DNA of 57,202 bases, the filler included, from Perkinsus olseni (taxonomy: Eukaryota), in NCBI GenBank assembly GCA_013115125.1. It is 4 parts of 4 records of this genome, joined end to end, with 100 filler letters (N's around TTAATTAATTAA, not from the genome) between each part and the next. Parts side by side here need not be neighbours in the genome. Positions count along the whole stretch, not along the records: positions 1 to 14,355 come from JABANN010000732.1; positions 14,456 to 28,685 come from JABANN010000734.1; 2 more parts are not named here. One strand, written 5' to 3'. How positions within the stretch are numbered: the first letter of the stretch is position 1; every line of letters begins with the position of its first letter. Of the stretch, positions 10,727-23,264 are shown one piece after another. The position numbers were made by a program, and so were the translations under genes. A model generated the notes under the pieces. The model did not search any database. It was given only the letters and a program-made list of their open reading frames with translations, and was not told the origin of the DNA.

Positions 10727-12906
10727 ATGTCCGGTGGGGAAAGGCGCGGGGAAGCCGTTCGTCCAACTGCCAAGTCGACCTCGGCTGGCCAATCGACGAG
10801 GGCATCCTCGGGAGGCTGGCAGAGCGAAAGAGAATATCTCAGAGATAAGAGAGACCGGCTCCTGTTGCGGTAGGTCGAGTCCGCTCATTTCTTCTTTCTC
10901 TCTTTTTTCCCTTTCCCTTCCGTATTTTCCGCCGTCGACAGTACATAGGCTCTGCGCGCTGTGATGCTCTTCGGTAAGGTACGAGGAGCGCTACGGCCCT
11001 TCGTCGTCGTCGTCTTCGAGCAGAGAGCCGGCGGCGGTGCCAGGGCGCAGTGACTTGTTCAAAGGCCTCACATTTTGGCTCACTGGCAGAATGGAAGGGT
11101 CTAGCGAGGAAGAGGTAGGGCGATAGTTGCTCGTGTGTGTGTGAGTTTCAAGTCCAACTCCGAGAACCGGCCTAGTCAGACTAGGATCGATGTATCTTGT
11201 TGCTCGTATTCAATGCTGGGAGACAAGTATCTATGCCGAGCCTTATGACCTTCGGATATTTTTAGTTTGAGGAGCTTCGCTCCGCCGTGCTCGACAGCGA
11301 CCTTTCCGCCATGCATGGCCCAGCATACCTTTCCTTGTATTCTATGCGTTCAGAAGTCTATCCGGTGAACGCGCCCGTCTTGTCCGCGCTCGAAAGCAAA
11401 ACTGTTTTCCTTAATCACTCGTTACTGGAGGTCCGCTGTTGAACTGAATTCGCGTCGTTCGCTGATTCGGTTGTCCTGTCCCGGCCATGACACTAAGTTG
11501 ATGCACACAAGCTCTCAAGTGATAGTCTCGGGCGGGAATGACTATCTCTGACTAGACCCCTGCATGGCATAGGTTGTCGCTCTCGGATCTTGGTTTCGGA
11601 TTTCCACAGCTCTCGAAGGCAAGCGCTGGGCTGCCTTCTTCAGCTAGCCGGGAAGGACACTATTGCCCAACTATGTCTACTGAGTGTGGATTACACCGTA
11701 GCTTTCGTTTTGCGAGGAGTATCGGTGAGCGACTGAGTGCATTGTGGACTGCTCATCGCCCCAAAACACGAGCCTGTGATTCGCTTGAGGTCGTATCTGT
11801 CTCCAGATCCAACGGCTGGTGACGAGTCACGGCGGAGAGTATCACCAGTACGGCATGCGTAGTGTAACGCACGTTGTGGCGAGCGCGATAGCCCTGGGGA
11901 ATCAGATCTGGCGGAAGCTGACTGATCTCAACGGTAGAGAGAGAAGGTGAGATCCTTATGGTTCGGGAACACCTGTTGACCTCTGCCGCCCTCAGAATCC
12001 TGATGGTTCTCCGTGCTCAGTTACGTGGTGGTTACTCCCCAGTGGGTGATTGATGCTGTTAAATTCACGAGGCTTCCGGACGTCCATTTGTATCCGCCGG
12101 TGGGACTCGACAAGAAATATGCAGAAGAACTGAGGAGGGATGAGCGACGGAAACGCGAGCGCGAGCGGATCGGGGACATGTTTGCACAACAACAGAAAAG
12201 ATCGAAAGACAACGAGACTAATTTCGTGGCGCGCGACGCGAGAAAAGTGGAGGTGTCAGGGTCGTGGAGTGGGAGAGGATCTTATGAACAGTTTGTTTTC
12301 CGTGCGAAATCCGCCCCAAAACTGATGGAAAATATCGAGAGGTCTCTGGGAGCTGACGTGAGGGTCGTTGGATTGCGAGGGCATCTTGAAAGATATGCGC
12401 GCACACGCAAGGATTTGGAGGTTGAGGTGGTCGACGTGGACAACTTCGAGGGTTCGAACAGCGTCGAGCAAGTTGTGCAGAAGTGGTTCAGTCAGGACGT
12501 GACCCGTTGCACCACTTACATCAGAGTTGGCCAGGGCGAGCGTAGTCTGCCATTGAAAACCGTAGAAGATATCGACGAGCTCAGCTCCGATGATCAGCAT
12601 GATGATCATGCCAACGGTGACGACCCCGCAGGGTTGATCGTGCGAGAGCTCACAGGCGACGGTCGGCCGAAGAGTTGCTTAGCTGTGGTTGCATTCCTGA
12701 GAGGCTTCGAGCAGCAGAGCTTATGCCAGGCCGTCGCTGATGCCCTGGTGGTCCTAATCGCCAATCGACGCCTCGATCGAGCCGAGCTACTGGTGAGAGC
12801 AGCTAAGATGACGCTGGAAGCGGCGGACGCCGCGAAGTTGGTGAGTCTTTACGAGGTCGCCTTTCGATTAGCTAACACCGGAATAGAACCTCGGCCACCG
12901 GGATGA
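10727..12906 (+). CDS. REV1-like BRCT-domain protein without a Y-family polymerase domain (~434 aa)
   Basis: Phase-consistent exons 10727-10869, 10979-11114, 11807-11946, 12021-12906. BRCT motifs LFKGLTFWLTGRMEGSSEEE|IQRLVTSHGGEYHQYGMRSVTHVVA..VVTPQWVIDAV. Confidence 0.75.
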
Positions 12907-14355
12907 CGAATGCAGGACGTATCCGGCTTTGAGAGGGGAGGGGGGAAAGCACGCACGAGATTGCTGGTGCGTCATCGTTGGTATTCATGTGTCGACTACT
13001 CCGACTGCCAGGCGACCCCGTGTGGGCTAGTTGTTGGTACACTCTGTAGTGCAGCGTTTCATCATCAGAGATTTTGTTGAGTAGTTGATAGTGGTCAGGG
13101 AAACCCTTTTTGTACGGCGCTGCGCCCCCACCCGGCGCAATGAAAGGAGGGCCCATGAAATTGCCTTTAAGGACAGATGGTTTCACAATAGACGACTCGT
13201 GCCGCGAGAGCTTTGCCATTTCCACCCCGTCCCGGGTAAACAATCCAACAGCCTGAACCAATCCCTCTCAAATGGTACATCGGTGCTTGTCTAAGCCGTA
13301 CTGTCGGCGTTGGACTCGAACTAGGGTGAAACATTTGAAAGAGAGTTTCGAGGCTCCGCCCCCCCGACCAAGGCCGAGAGGGGGCCCTTTGAGATAGGGA
13401 GCGCAGTATGCTCCCTAGAAAAACAGGGCCCCTACGGTACTCGATTTTCTAGGCCCTCCTTGGCAAAATCGATCTGGTTGCGGCTCCTCTCAAGTTAAAA
13501 CTCACACACACAGCAGAATGCGAATGAGGACAACTTGTATGGAAAACTCGCTCGTCCCAGGACTGAAGTAACACGACATCCTGTAGAGTAGTGAAGCCAA
13601 CCAGTTCAAAACTGCTGAAAACTGCCAGATGGGGATATACCCTGATGGAGCGAAGCAGAGCGCTTCACCTTCCGCTCTGCACACTAGGCAAAGCCTACAT
13701 TACTATAATGATGATGACAGGTTAAGATGACTTCACGAATGATTGATATTCATATCGATAATATGTTCATCAAGTACGAGATATAAGGGAGCATCAGCGG
13801 TGCGATTGAAGTACACTAAGTTGTGATTAACGCTTCAGTCTGCGGCTACTATGTGGGTGCGTGAGTTTCACGCTAACAACACCGGGGATCGAAAAGACGA
13901 TCGTCTGGTTACCAGAGTAGTAGTCAATCTCCGCTACTGAGAGAAGGAAGAAACCACAAGTGATGAACACGACCACGGGCAATGACTGGGCTTACTCTTG
14001 ATGAACGACCGGAATTCCGAGGGCACTTTGCTGAAATCGGTGATGTTCAGTCTAGTACCAATCATAGTGTAAGGGAGTTGCTCGATCTGGATAAGAGGGA
14101 GGCCCGGGACAGTGACATTCCTACAGAAAGAGAAAATGACGTTGAGTCGGAAATCCCTCGCGTGGTAAGCGACGCGAGCAATAGTGGAACAGTAGGTCCT
14201 TACATATCCTCGAGAACGGTAGTAGTGTTGCTGAATAAGGCAGAAATGTTGAAGGTAGCACCAGCGACTGTTCCACTCCCGTTGAAGAAGCCAGTTGGAT
14301 ATGGAGCTGAGCAAAGACAGAAGTGAAGGTCGATAAACCGGTGATAGCAGGAAGC

Positions 14356-14455
14356 NNNNNNNNNNNNNNNNNNNNNNNNNNNNNNNNNNNNNNNNNNNNT
14401 TAATTAATTAANNNNNNNNNNNNNNNNNNNNNNNNNNNNNNNNNNNNNNNNNNNN
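14356..14455. other. Artificial scaffold linker (N44-TTAATTAATTAA-N44)
   Basis: N runs around a six-frame stop cassette. Confidence 0.98.

Positions 14456-14526
<71 letters not shown>
14456..14526. repeat. (AAC)n microsatellite at contig end
   Basis: About 23 AAC units. Confidence 0.95.
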
Positions 14527-14527
<1 letters not shown>

Positions 14528-14737
14528 ACACACCTCGTCGTGATCGTCATCGTAGGTGGTATAGTCCTGTGACGAGAGTATTAAAATGCTGGGGGACTCA
14601 GGTGCAAGGGTGTTATTCGATCGTTAACCTCAGGACTCGGACTTCTGCTGCTGCTGCTGCTGCTGCTGCACTGCCATACATCCCGGTCACTTTGGAGTTT
14701 CAGGAATCGTTGTTTTACTTCTTTCATCTCTCGGTTA

Positions 14738-16183
14738 ATGACGGCATCGTCATCGCCGGTATGCTCTCTAACACAGTCGACCACACGAGGTACAGCTGTT
14801 CGCACCCGATACACATCCTCCTCCTCCTCCTCCTCATCGTCGTCCACCGTTCCTGCTACATCTACCCGTGGTCACAAGTTGGTGGTAGCCTCTCTGATGG
14901 TCAGTTTAGCCATACTGTCTACAGCTAATGTTATAGCGGGAAAGATAAGGGCCGAGCCTTTGCAGGAGTATTCCGGCTTTGTCACCTCTATCCTCAGCCA
15001 GGGCATGTACTGTGTCGTCTATTGGCTCATATTAGCCCTCAAGTTCTACTTGAACAAAGTTTCCATGCAAGAATTGAGATATGTCTGGGGGGCTTACTGC
15101 CCTCGTCGTCGTAGTAGTACTACCAGCGATAGTGAGAGCCACCAGCTGGAGTTCGAATCCAGTGATGCTCCATCGACGCCTTCTTGCCCGGCAATAGTCA
15201 GATTTTGGAGGAACCTCCACGGGCTTAAATACATTATCCTGGCATCCTTGTGTGATGTCCTAGTAGAGCTATTCATGTTCATGTCCCAGCCGTATCTCTC
15301 TATCGTCATATTCAGCCTCCTCCAGCAGGGCACAGTGCCCTTCACCCTACTCTTCTCTCTTATAATCCTTACGACTAGGTATATAGCTATAGAGGTTCTT
15401 GGAGTGCTTTTAGTAATAGTAATGGCTGTGGTATCTGTTATGGTGGGTGCTCATCATACTAGCCCTACTTCTCAGTCTGCTGCATCACAGACTAGTGTGG
15501 TCCTTATGTCGGTGCTATGTCTATTAGCTACACTTTTCCAAGCCCTATCGTTCGTTCTAAAGGAACGTATGTTCCGAGAATATACGCAGCTGCTACTATC
15601 GAGAAGAGGGAGGGGTGGCGGGGAGGAAGCCAGACTTGATGTATTTGCCGTTAGCAGTGCCAGCAACCTCTTCAGTATGATATGGGTCTTTCCACTCTCC
15701 CTATTGGTGGAATCATTCCGTACTACCGCCGATTTACCAATAATGGAGCATATTAGTAATGGCTTTAGAACACTACTGACCGTCGAAGGGGCGTGGCAGG
15801 CACAAGTGGTTTATCTTCTCATCAACCTTCTCTTCAACATTAACGTATATATGTTGGTATCATACGGATCCACCCTACTAACTTTCGTTTGTATGAAGGT
15901 CACTGTGCCCTTGGCAGCATTATTCTCATTGATCAAGTGGCCTCTTATCGGGGCTGCTACTGTTAGCCCCTTGGAATGGCTCACGTTGTCTATTACCTTG
16001 ATCGGCATCGGTATATTTAGGTATGGCAACGTGATGAGACAACGAGTTGAAGAAGAAGTACAACAGCAGAATAATTCTAAACAAGATTCGTTTCATACTC
16101 AGACTATTTGTATGTGGCCCCTGTTCCGTAGGAAGGACCCTCGGCCCCAAAGTCATCCTTATCGAGATGATCAGGCCATATAG
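14738..16183 (+). CDS. CRT-like (chloroquine resistance transporter family, DMT superfamily) transporter, intronless
   Basis: 481 aa, about 10 TM segments; LLQQGTVPFTLLFS..RY, ALSFVLKERMF, FNINVYMLVSYGSTLLTFV. Confidence 0.85.
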   Translation: MTASSSPVCSLTQSTTRGTAVRTRYTSSSSSSSSSSTVPATSTRGHKLVVASLMVSLAILSTANVIAGKIRAEPLQEYSGFVTSILSQGMYCVVYWLILALKFYLNKVSMQELRYVWGAYCPRRRSSTTSDSESHQLEFESSDAPSTPSCPAIVRFWRNLHGLKYIILASLCDVLVELFMFMSQPYLSIVIFSLLQQGTVPFTLLFSLIILTTRYIAIEVLGVLLVIVMAVVSVMVGAHHTSPTSQSAASQTSVVLMSVLCLLATLFQALSFVLKERMFREYTQLLLSRRGRGGGEEARLDVFAVSSASNLFSMIWVFPLSLLVESFRTTADLPIMEHISNGFRTLLTVEGAWQAQVVYLLINLLFNINVYMLVSYGSTLLTFVCMKVTVPLAALFSLIKWPLIGAATVSPLEWLTLSITLIGIGIFRYGNVMRQRVEEEVQQQNNSKQDSFHTQTICMWPLFRRKDPRPQSHPYRDDQAI

Positions 16184-16577
16184 TGACACCCTCACGATGG
16201 CAGAATTACTTCAAGGCTTTCTGCTGCAGCTAAACCACCTGTTGGGTTCTAGTGCGACTAATCCTAATGGCGTCTCCTTCTTGTGCACATTCCTCGTGGG
16301 AAAGGGAGACACTGTTACGCTCCGTCAGTGTTTATGCGTGCAGAGTAGTCTGGGCAATAGCTCTTCCATGAACAAGCTTCCTTTGGGCTCGTGTTCCACG
16401 TATGGCGCTCCGTCAGTGTTTATGCGTGCAGAGTAGTGCGGGAAATAGCCCTGTTCAGGCAGTGTTCCATGTATGAGTGAGGGGAATACAGTAGACACCG
16501 ACGCTGCACAAAAGATACTTCGGCGTTCACTTGTGTCGTGTCATCAGGTTATTACTTTTCCTACTTCTTTAGTCCAC

Positions 16578-18137
16578 ATGGTAGGCCAGAAGCAAACTCC
16601 TGCTGCATTTAGTTCCGACAGTGTCGAGGAGCGCCGTTACGATGTATCGACGTTGAAGTCGAGCTCTTCTTTGACATCCCAACGGTTTGGGGCCTCAGCC
16701 AGCGACGTCAGCGTGGAGAAGCCTTCGCAGAATGGTCGAAGGGCTGGTGTCCGGTGGGTCGTGCCTGGTTTGATGCTATCTCTTGCTATAACTGGCACTG
16801 CTAATGCTATCGCTGGTAAAATAAGATCTCAACCGTTGGGCGAATATTCTGGCTTTATCACTTCTATGATTAGCCAAGTAACTTACTGTGTTGTTTATTG
16901 GATTGCTCTCATCATCATGTACCTCATGGGCAAGGTCCCTCTAGAGCAGCTCAGATGGACATGGACCGTCCCAGGTCGAGATGAGTACACTACACGTCGT
17001 GAGGACCTCATCAAACCCGGTATGCGTTGGTACCGCCGTTGGTGGGTGAATGTTGAAGTGTGGTGGGAGACTCTCCCAGGCTGCCGGTATACTTTTTTTG
17101 CGGCCATCTCTGATTGCCTCGGTGAGATCCTAATGTTCCTCACTCAGCCTTATCTCTCAATCGTCGTGTTCAATCTCCTCCAACAAGGAATGGTCCCGTT
17201 CACTCTAGTGTGGTCTCTCATGTTCCTACGAGACAGGTATACATTCGTGGAGGTATTTGGCGTGAGTATTGTCATCCTCATGGCGCTTGTATCGGTAGCC
17301 ACATCGTCTACCAGTGATGGTAGTAGTAGTGTTATCATGGCTATTCTGTGCCTCGTATCAACCATCTTTCAAGCTCTGGGATTCGTGCTAAAAGAGTGCA
17401 TGTTCCGAGCCTATACTCAGTATGCCACACGTAGAGGCCGTCAGGAGGTTAACCTAAATGTATTTGTTGTTAGCAGCTCAAGTAATACTTTTGGCTGCAT
17501 ATGGACTTTTCCGCTCAACGTCATCGTAGAGCTTATTAGAACACAGGGTTCCAACATACCCATCATGGAGCACTTTGCCGATGGTTTTGAAACCCTCGCC
17601 GATGCTGATGGTGCTTGGCAGGCACTTGTTATATATCTATGCTTTAACCTCATCTACAATGTGAATATCTACATGCTCATCTCCTATGGCTCTAGTTTAC
17701 TCACATTTGTCTGCAACAAGATAACCGTGCCGTTGGCGGCCATCTTCTCGTTGATAAGTTGGCCTATTATTGGTCAAAGCACTGTCACATGGCTTGAGTG
17801 GGTTACTCTCGTCATTATACTTATCGGTATCGCTCTTTTCCGCTACGGCAATATCATGCGATCGAAGCTGGACGTTGACAATGCTCATCACGAGAATCCT
17901 GTGCTGAACTACGTTATCTGCTTATTCCCGATGTTCCGTCACAGGAAGAGCTTCGATGATGGTGATTCCGGCCTACAGTCTGATAAGCCGCATACCCACG
18001 TGGTTGTCAACTGGGATTCTATTACTCACCCGTGGCGACTCTTCTGGCCGAAGAGATACGTCACTGTGGATGATGGTTCTTCAAACGAAGATTCTAAGCC
18101 ATCCAACTACCTCTCGACCTCGACCGAGAGTGTATGA
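16578..18137 (+). CDS. CRT-like transporter paralog, intronless
   Basis: Collinear with the upstream paralog (IAGKIRSQPLGEYSGF, LLQQGMVPFTL). ATG 16578 follows a pyrimidine-rich AG; an upstream in-frame ATG at 16473 is also possible. Confidence 0.85.
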   Translation: MVGQKQTPAAFSSDSVEERRYDVSTLKSSSSLTSQRFGASASDVSVEKPSQNGRRAGVRWVVPGLMLSLAITGTANAIAGKIRSQPLGEYSGFITSMISQVTYCVVYWIALIIMYLMGKVPLEQLRWTWTVPGRDEYTTRREDLIKPGMRWYRRWWVNVEVWWETLPGCRYTFFAAISDCLGEILMFLTQPYLSIVVFNLLQQGMVPFTLVWSLMFLRDRYTFVEVFGVSIVILMALVSVATSSTSDGSSSVIMAILCLVSTIFQALGFVLKECMFRAYTQYATRRGRQEVNLNVFVVSSSSNTFGCIWTFPLNVIVELIRTQGSNIPIMEHFADGFETLADADGAWQALVIYLCFNLIYNVNIYMLISYGSSLLTFVCNKITVPLAAIFSLISWPIIGQSTVTWLEWVTLVIILIGIALFRYGNIMRSKLDVDNAHHENPVLNYVICLFPMFRHRKSFDDGDSGLQSDKPHTHVVVNWDSITHPWRLFWPKRYVTVDDGSSNEDSKPSNYLSTSTESV

Positions 18138-18637
18138 TTGCCCCACTTTAGACTCGTGCTTAGTCGACCGAGGCCTAGACCATTGAATATTGGAGTATCT
18201 CATCGGTGTGGACTGCGGTTTTTGCATGCGATCCCGTTTGAGATACGACTTTAGAATTCTATGCTTACCAACCAGATACTCGAGAGTCCTGCCCAATTGT
18301 CTAGCACAGTCAGTGCCACGCAATATCGCTACATTCATTCGACTTCTATCATCCGAGATCACTTCGAAGTTCGCTTTAGGGACCAACAGTCCCAGTTCTG
18401 TTCTGGCGAACCCCAATTTAAACCACTACCGGTGTTGTATTAAAGAGTTGGAGAAGAGAGTTGTCGTCGTAGCCTGTATCCCATGGCATTACAACACCCA
18501 CCTAGAATTACTTCCGTCGAGCCCATGTGGACAGCCGCATCGAATAACGCAACATGCGACCTTCAAGTCAGACTAGATACAGTTGAAATTGATATCGGCA
18601 TTATATGAAACAGAATGATTTACAATGCTCGCCGCTC

Positions 18638-19978
18638 CTACTGATCTAAACCAACATTCGTTAGGAGCCCGAAAACACTTCCAAAAAGTATGCCACTCAC
18701 GATGCCGAACGACATGGTATAACCAGCAACCTCTTGTTCCGCCTTGTCTCCGGAAACTCGGGAGGGCCCAGCAACCATTGACATGGTCACGCAAGTGCCG
18801 TTGGTGAAGGCAAGCACTGCCATCTCGATGTGCATGAACCAATCCTTGTCGAATGGAACAGCAGTCGAATAGAGCGAAGTGCAAATGAAAAGTGGTACGA
18901 GTAGTACACGTGATGCAACATATACCATCAAGTAGCTCGTACGCAAGTTAGGCAGAACGCTTGGCAGGAAGCGGCCTATGGTATCCACCACCTGGAACGT
19001 AGAAGTCACTTGAGCTACGAAACCGAGGTTCTTCGGGTTGGATGATTGCCAAAGTACAACCTGTGATGGGAATACTGTGAAGGTTACAGTCATAGTGAAC
19101 CAGACACACAAGGCAATTGGTAGAACCTCCCAAACGATATTTATAATCGGCCTTCTTGTCTGTCTCGAAGTCAAAGTCGAAGCGGTTCTCGATGCCTCGA
19201 TCTCCAGCACACGCATCATGTAAGGATGCTTTGAAGTACTGAATCGGAACATTGGGATAATTATCAAGGCTATCAGTGAGCTTATGATGAAGAAGATTAA
19301 GCACCTCCATTCGGGAACTCGCTGGATACTAGAGGCATCCAATGCCAAGTTGAGGACTGTGTTAATAGGCCAACCTAGAAGGCCACTAGCTCCTTCACCA
19401 ACCATTATAGCAGATATGCATTTTGGAGAGCATAGCGCAGCAAGGCCTAGAGCGGACGATTACAGCAAGCCATAGCCGGTGCCAAGGAAGAATACACATA
19501 CTAATCCCAGTGCAAAGCCAAGACCAGTGTTATCAACCAGATTATCCTCACCGATGGTCATTGCGAAGATTGCCAGTAGAACAGGAAAAACAGATAACAT
19601 AATACAACCACAGGTAAACCTGGGCAGGAAGGTGAACCTATTACCGTACCATATGAGCAAGATTTGGGTGAAGTTGACAGCCGCTCCGTAGAATATTGGC
19701 AGTGTGGACCCGAAATAGTGCTCAAACTTTCCATTCAAGTAGGCCAGGTCTGCTAACACAAAATTCCAAGGAGATAAGGCCACGAAACCAAACATTCCCA
19801 TTTGTAGGAGCAGCCAAGCATCGATGCTTGCTGTTGTTGTTGTTGTTGCTGGTTTTGCAGACGGCTTCTGTGTATCATCTTCACACGCCTCCTCAGAGAT
19901 TCTCAATACACATTTGTTCCCATCCATATGGCAGTCAAGACCCGCGACATGATCTTTCCGACTCCTCGGAGAGGGCAT
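18638..19978 (-). pseudogene. Equilibrative nucleoside transporter (ENT/SLC29) with one in-frame TAA
   Basis: ORFs 19460-19978 and 18638-19405 share a frame: ..GTGYGLL*SSALGLAALCSPKCISAIMVGEG. ENT motifs LSPWNF, TFTVFP, DTIGR, AFTNG. Confidence 0.8.
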
Positions 19979-20490
19979 ACTTGAGACTCTTTCGCTGTAG
20001 CCATATTGCTAGCCACAACACGGGCCTCTTGATCAACTTGCCATTGTGTTCCGTGTCTCCTTTGACAACGGTTCTATTATTAATCGTGATCAGTGATCTG
20101 CTCTCGGATTTCCGACCCTAGATGACTTACAACTCGACACTTGAGGTTTGTAGCCAGTGAAGTACGACGACAGTTCCTTCCAACACTTATAACAACATTG
20201 GGGACTTGAGACGAGGAGAACAGCGAGAGAGATGTGGCTGGTTAGAGCGTTACTGCAGGACTGTAGTAACATCAGAATTGTAGACGATTATGAAGTAATT
20301 ATGCGTGGGAGTCGTCATAGTTGCAAAAACTGTTGAGAGATTATTCCCCCCCCCAGGTCGACGATGACGGAGCAATCAGTCTTTCGCTATTCTTTCGAAG
20401 GGAAGGGAATGACACGCTGCATCTATGGCGAAGCTGTTCTTGTTCCACCACTATCTCGGTCATCATCATCATCATCATCATCATCATCAC

Positions 20491-22691
20491 TCAGTTGAGT
20501 TTACTGTGCTTGGCACCATAAGTGAGGTATACCACGATACCGAGCACCTGAATGGACATGATTACGTCTGCGTATAGCTCGTTGCCACACGTACCAGCCA
20601 GACAGTGACCATGACTAGAGCCTGAATGCCAAGGGATGCCATCAGGTAGCAGTTAACCCAGATGGCAACAGCCGGCAGAACGGGCACCCAAGGACAATGG
20701 AAGTGATCCTCTTGGCCACCGTTAACTAAGACAGAGACACGATCCAATAAGGAACTCCTTGGGCGGACCGCGGTCACAAGTGGTTCCGGTCAAGCGGTAC
20801 CTCTCTCGGCGGATGCTGACCTTGGCTTATTTCCTTTGGGACCAACGAGGGGCTCACTGCATCTGAAAGCGGGCTTGGAGGGGCAAGAGGGAATCGAGCA
20901 GATATATACCCACCCTTCTAGGTTGACATTAGTGTATGGTGCAATAGCAGCATAATAGGCGTAGAGAACCCAAGCTAGACTGGCTAGATCAAGCGCTCCC
21001 AAGCATATACCAGAACATGTGAGGAAGCCATGGAGCAGGGCGACATAGTGGAAGGCCAGGGATAGGATGAACTATAGAAAAGTAAGATGAACATAAGGAG
21101 TGTGAGGAGGCGAGAACTTACGAAGACAGAAAGAGAGTAGGTGATGTTACTGGTGGTGGGGCTACTGCTACTCCTTGAAGAGTACTCCTCGACTCGGGTT
21201 AGTATAATACCACCATTAACAAGCGTGAACATAGCCAATGTACCTTATAGCAATGATATAGATGAACAGCAGAAGAGAGAACAGGCACAAGGACTCACTG
21301 AAGCTGGTCATTCCCGCTAATGGCTCAAAATCGCATATGGCTGACAGCAGCGTTGCAATGGTACCGCATATAGTGGTACCTAGATAGAGGTGTGGTAGCA
21401 TCATTATCACAGGTAGAGAACATGATGACAAAAGCTACAAATGGGCGTGGTTACTTCCCACCTTCCCCTTACCAACGACAGGTACATCCTGGGCACTCAG
21501 TTTGGCAAAGGGCTCGAAGAGGAGGCCATCTAGCGCCATCCGGTACCAGATACGGGGCTGTCCAACTATACCACTCATAACACTTGGGGTGCCTGATCAC
21601 AGTGAGGATGGTATGAAATGCGCCATCCTCGTCGTCGTATCCCAAAATGATGGTATTACAGACCGTTGTAGCCGCCAAGGACGTGATGATGTAACCCCAG
21701 TTATCATTATGATACCTGTGGCCATAAGCCAATAAAAACGAAGGCGAGAGTAGATAAGTGTATTACTGGAATGCTGCGGCTAGAGGGGCATCCAGGTCTA
21801 TACTCTCTGTTGGGACCATCAGACATAGGGTGATACACAGCATGGAGTACAATAGTGCGACAATGAGCAATGTACCTGAGAGACCATAGAACATATCATA
21901 AGATGGGATGAATGAGCAACGACTGAGAAGCTCCTATGTGAGAGGTGATGCTGTTATTACCCATGATGCCCCAAGGTATATCCCTTTTGGGGTTTCGAAC
22001 CTCCTCGCTCAATGTACATACAGCATCCCAACCGACACAACAGAAGAATGCTAGACCAGATCCACGTAGTACCTATCCACTACTGGTGGTATATCTAACA
22101 GTAGTAATCTTATTACACCAGCAAAGCCACCGACTCCGTCAGCTGCTACGTCATTAGGTAGAGTGAAAGGCTCCATATTACCGGCACCACCGTACCTGGG
22201 TGGCGCATGATGATAGCGGAGAGTTGTGGTAGTAGTACATGAATGATCCATAGAGTGAGAAAGTGACCAGCAAGACAACATTTAGGCACGCCATAGTAAA
22301 GCTGAAGGTAGCACTCTCCTTAACGCCAGATAGACAGATAAGAGTACCTAGTTACAATGAAGATAACATATACGACAGGAGCGATGGTGCTGGCGCTGGT
22401 GTTGTTATGATTACATATAGCACATAGAGTGGGAGCTAGGAAGGAGAAGGATATAATGCCATACTGAGTTGGTGTGGCGTACATCCATGATGGTAAGGAT
22501 ACACCAAATGCAGCTTGTATGAAGCATTGTACATAATTAGCCCACCCACGTGCTACAGCTGCTGATGCTATACAGTACCTAAAGAATACATCATGCAACA
22601 GCACAGGTGTATAACTATTATTATTACGGCACAGTAGACAACCAACCATTGATGAACCCAGCGAGCTCACCAATACAAACATAGCTGTACC

Positions 22692-22785
<94 letters not shown>

Positions 22786-23264
22786 GGAGGAGTAGGGCTA
22801 TGGGGCATGAGGCACTACGTATAAGCCTGACCAGCTACAGGTATCTTGGCAGCAAACTCGGCATAACAGAAAGCTGATAGCAGAGATCCAGCTATAGCGA
22901 CCAGGAATGAGATAAATAATGCTGGTCCACTATACCTAAGGTGGGAGGAGGAGTGAGCATCATAGCGGGCACAATGATGAGTATATGATCATGAGGTTGA
23001 CATAATCATACTACTACTACTTCACTGCTATAATGCCAACTGTAACAAAAATGCCACTGCCAACGGTAGTACTGAGACCAAATGATATAACCTGGGGAGC
23101 AGGGTAGAGAGGGGTAGAGGCAACGACGTGCTAACCTCAGGTAGGCCTAGACACTTCTTTAGACCATGTGACGCCCCGCCTCCTCCTTCATTACTGTCAT
23201 CACTACTACTACTACCCTGCTGCTGCTCAGCGAGAACAGCCGATAGAGGTTGTCGTCTTCGCAT
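20491..23264 (-). CDS. Cationic amino acid transporter (APC/CAT family), multi-exon
   Basis: MRRRQPLSAVLAE..LKKCLGL, ASAAVARGWANY, FHCPWVPVLPAVAIWVNCYLM, end VVYLTYGAKHSKLN* at 20491. Confidence 0.85.
22692..22782. repeat. Compound (TGA)n(TAG)n microsatellite in an intron
   Basis: Visible directly. Confidence 0.95.

Noticed and set aside
13982-14326. 114-aa ORF next to the gap
   Set aside because: No recognisable motif; cannot be supported as a gene or a transposon remnant.
14356-14455. TTAATTAATTAA palindrome inside N runs (also at 28686 and 42982)
   Set aside because: Identical artificial linker; adjacency across these gaps should not be trusted.
19460-19462. TAA reassigned to Gln (alternative genetic code)
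   Set aside because: TAA ends other genes at their expected positions (42516-42518, 23735-23737).
19980-20015. Possible spliced-leader relic upstream of the ENT ATG (CTCAAG; TAGCAATATGGCT)
   Set aside because: Match too short and degenerate.
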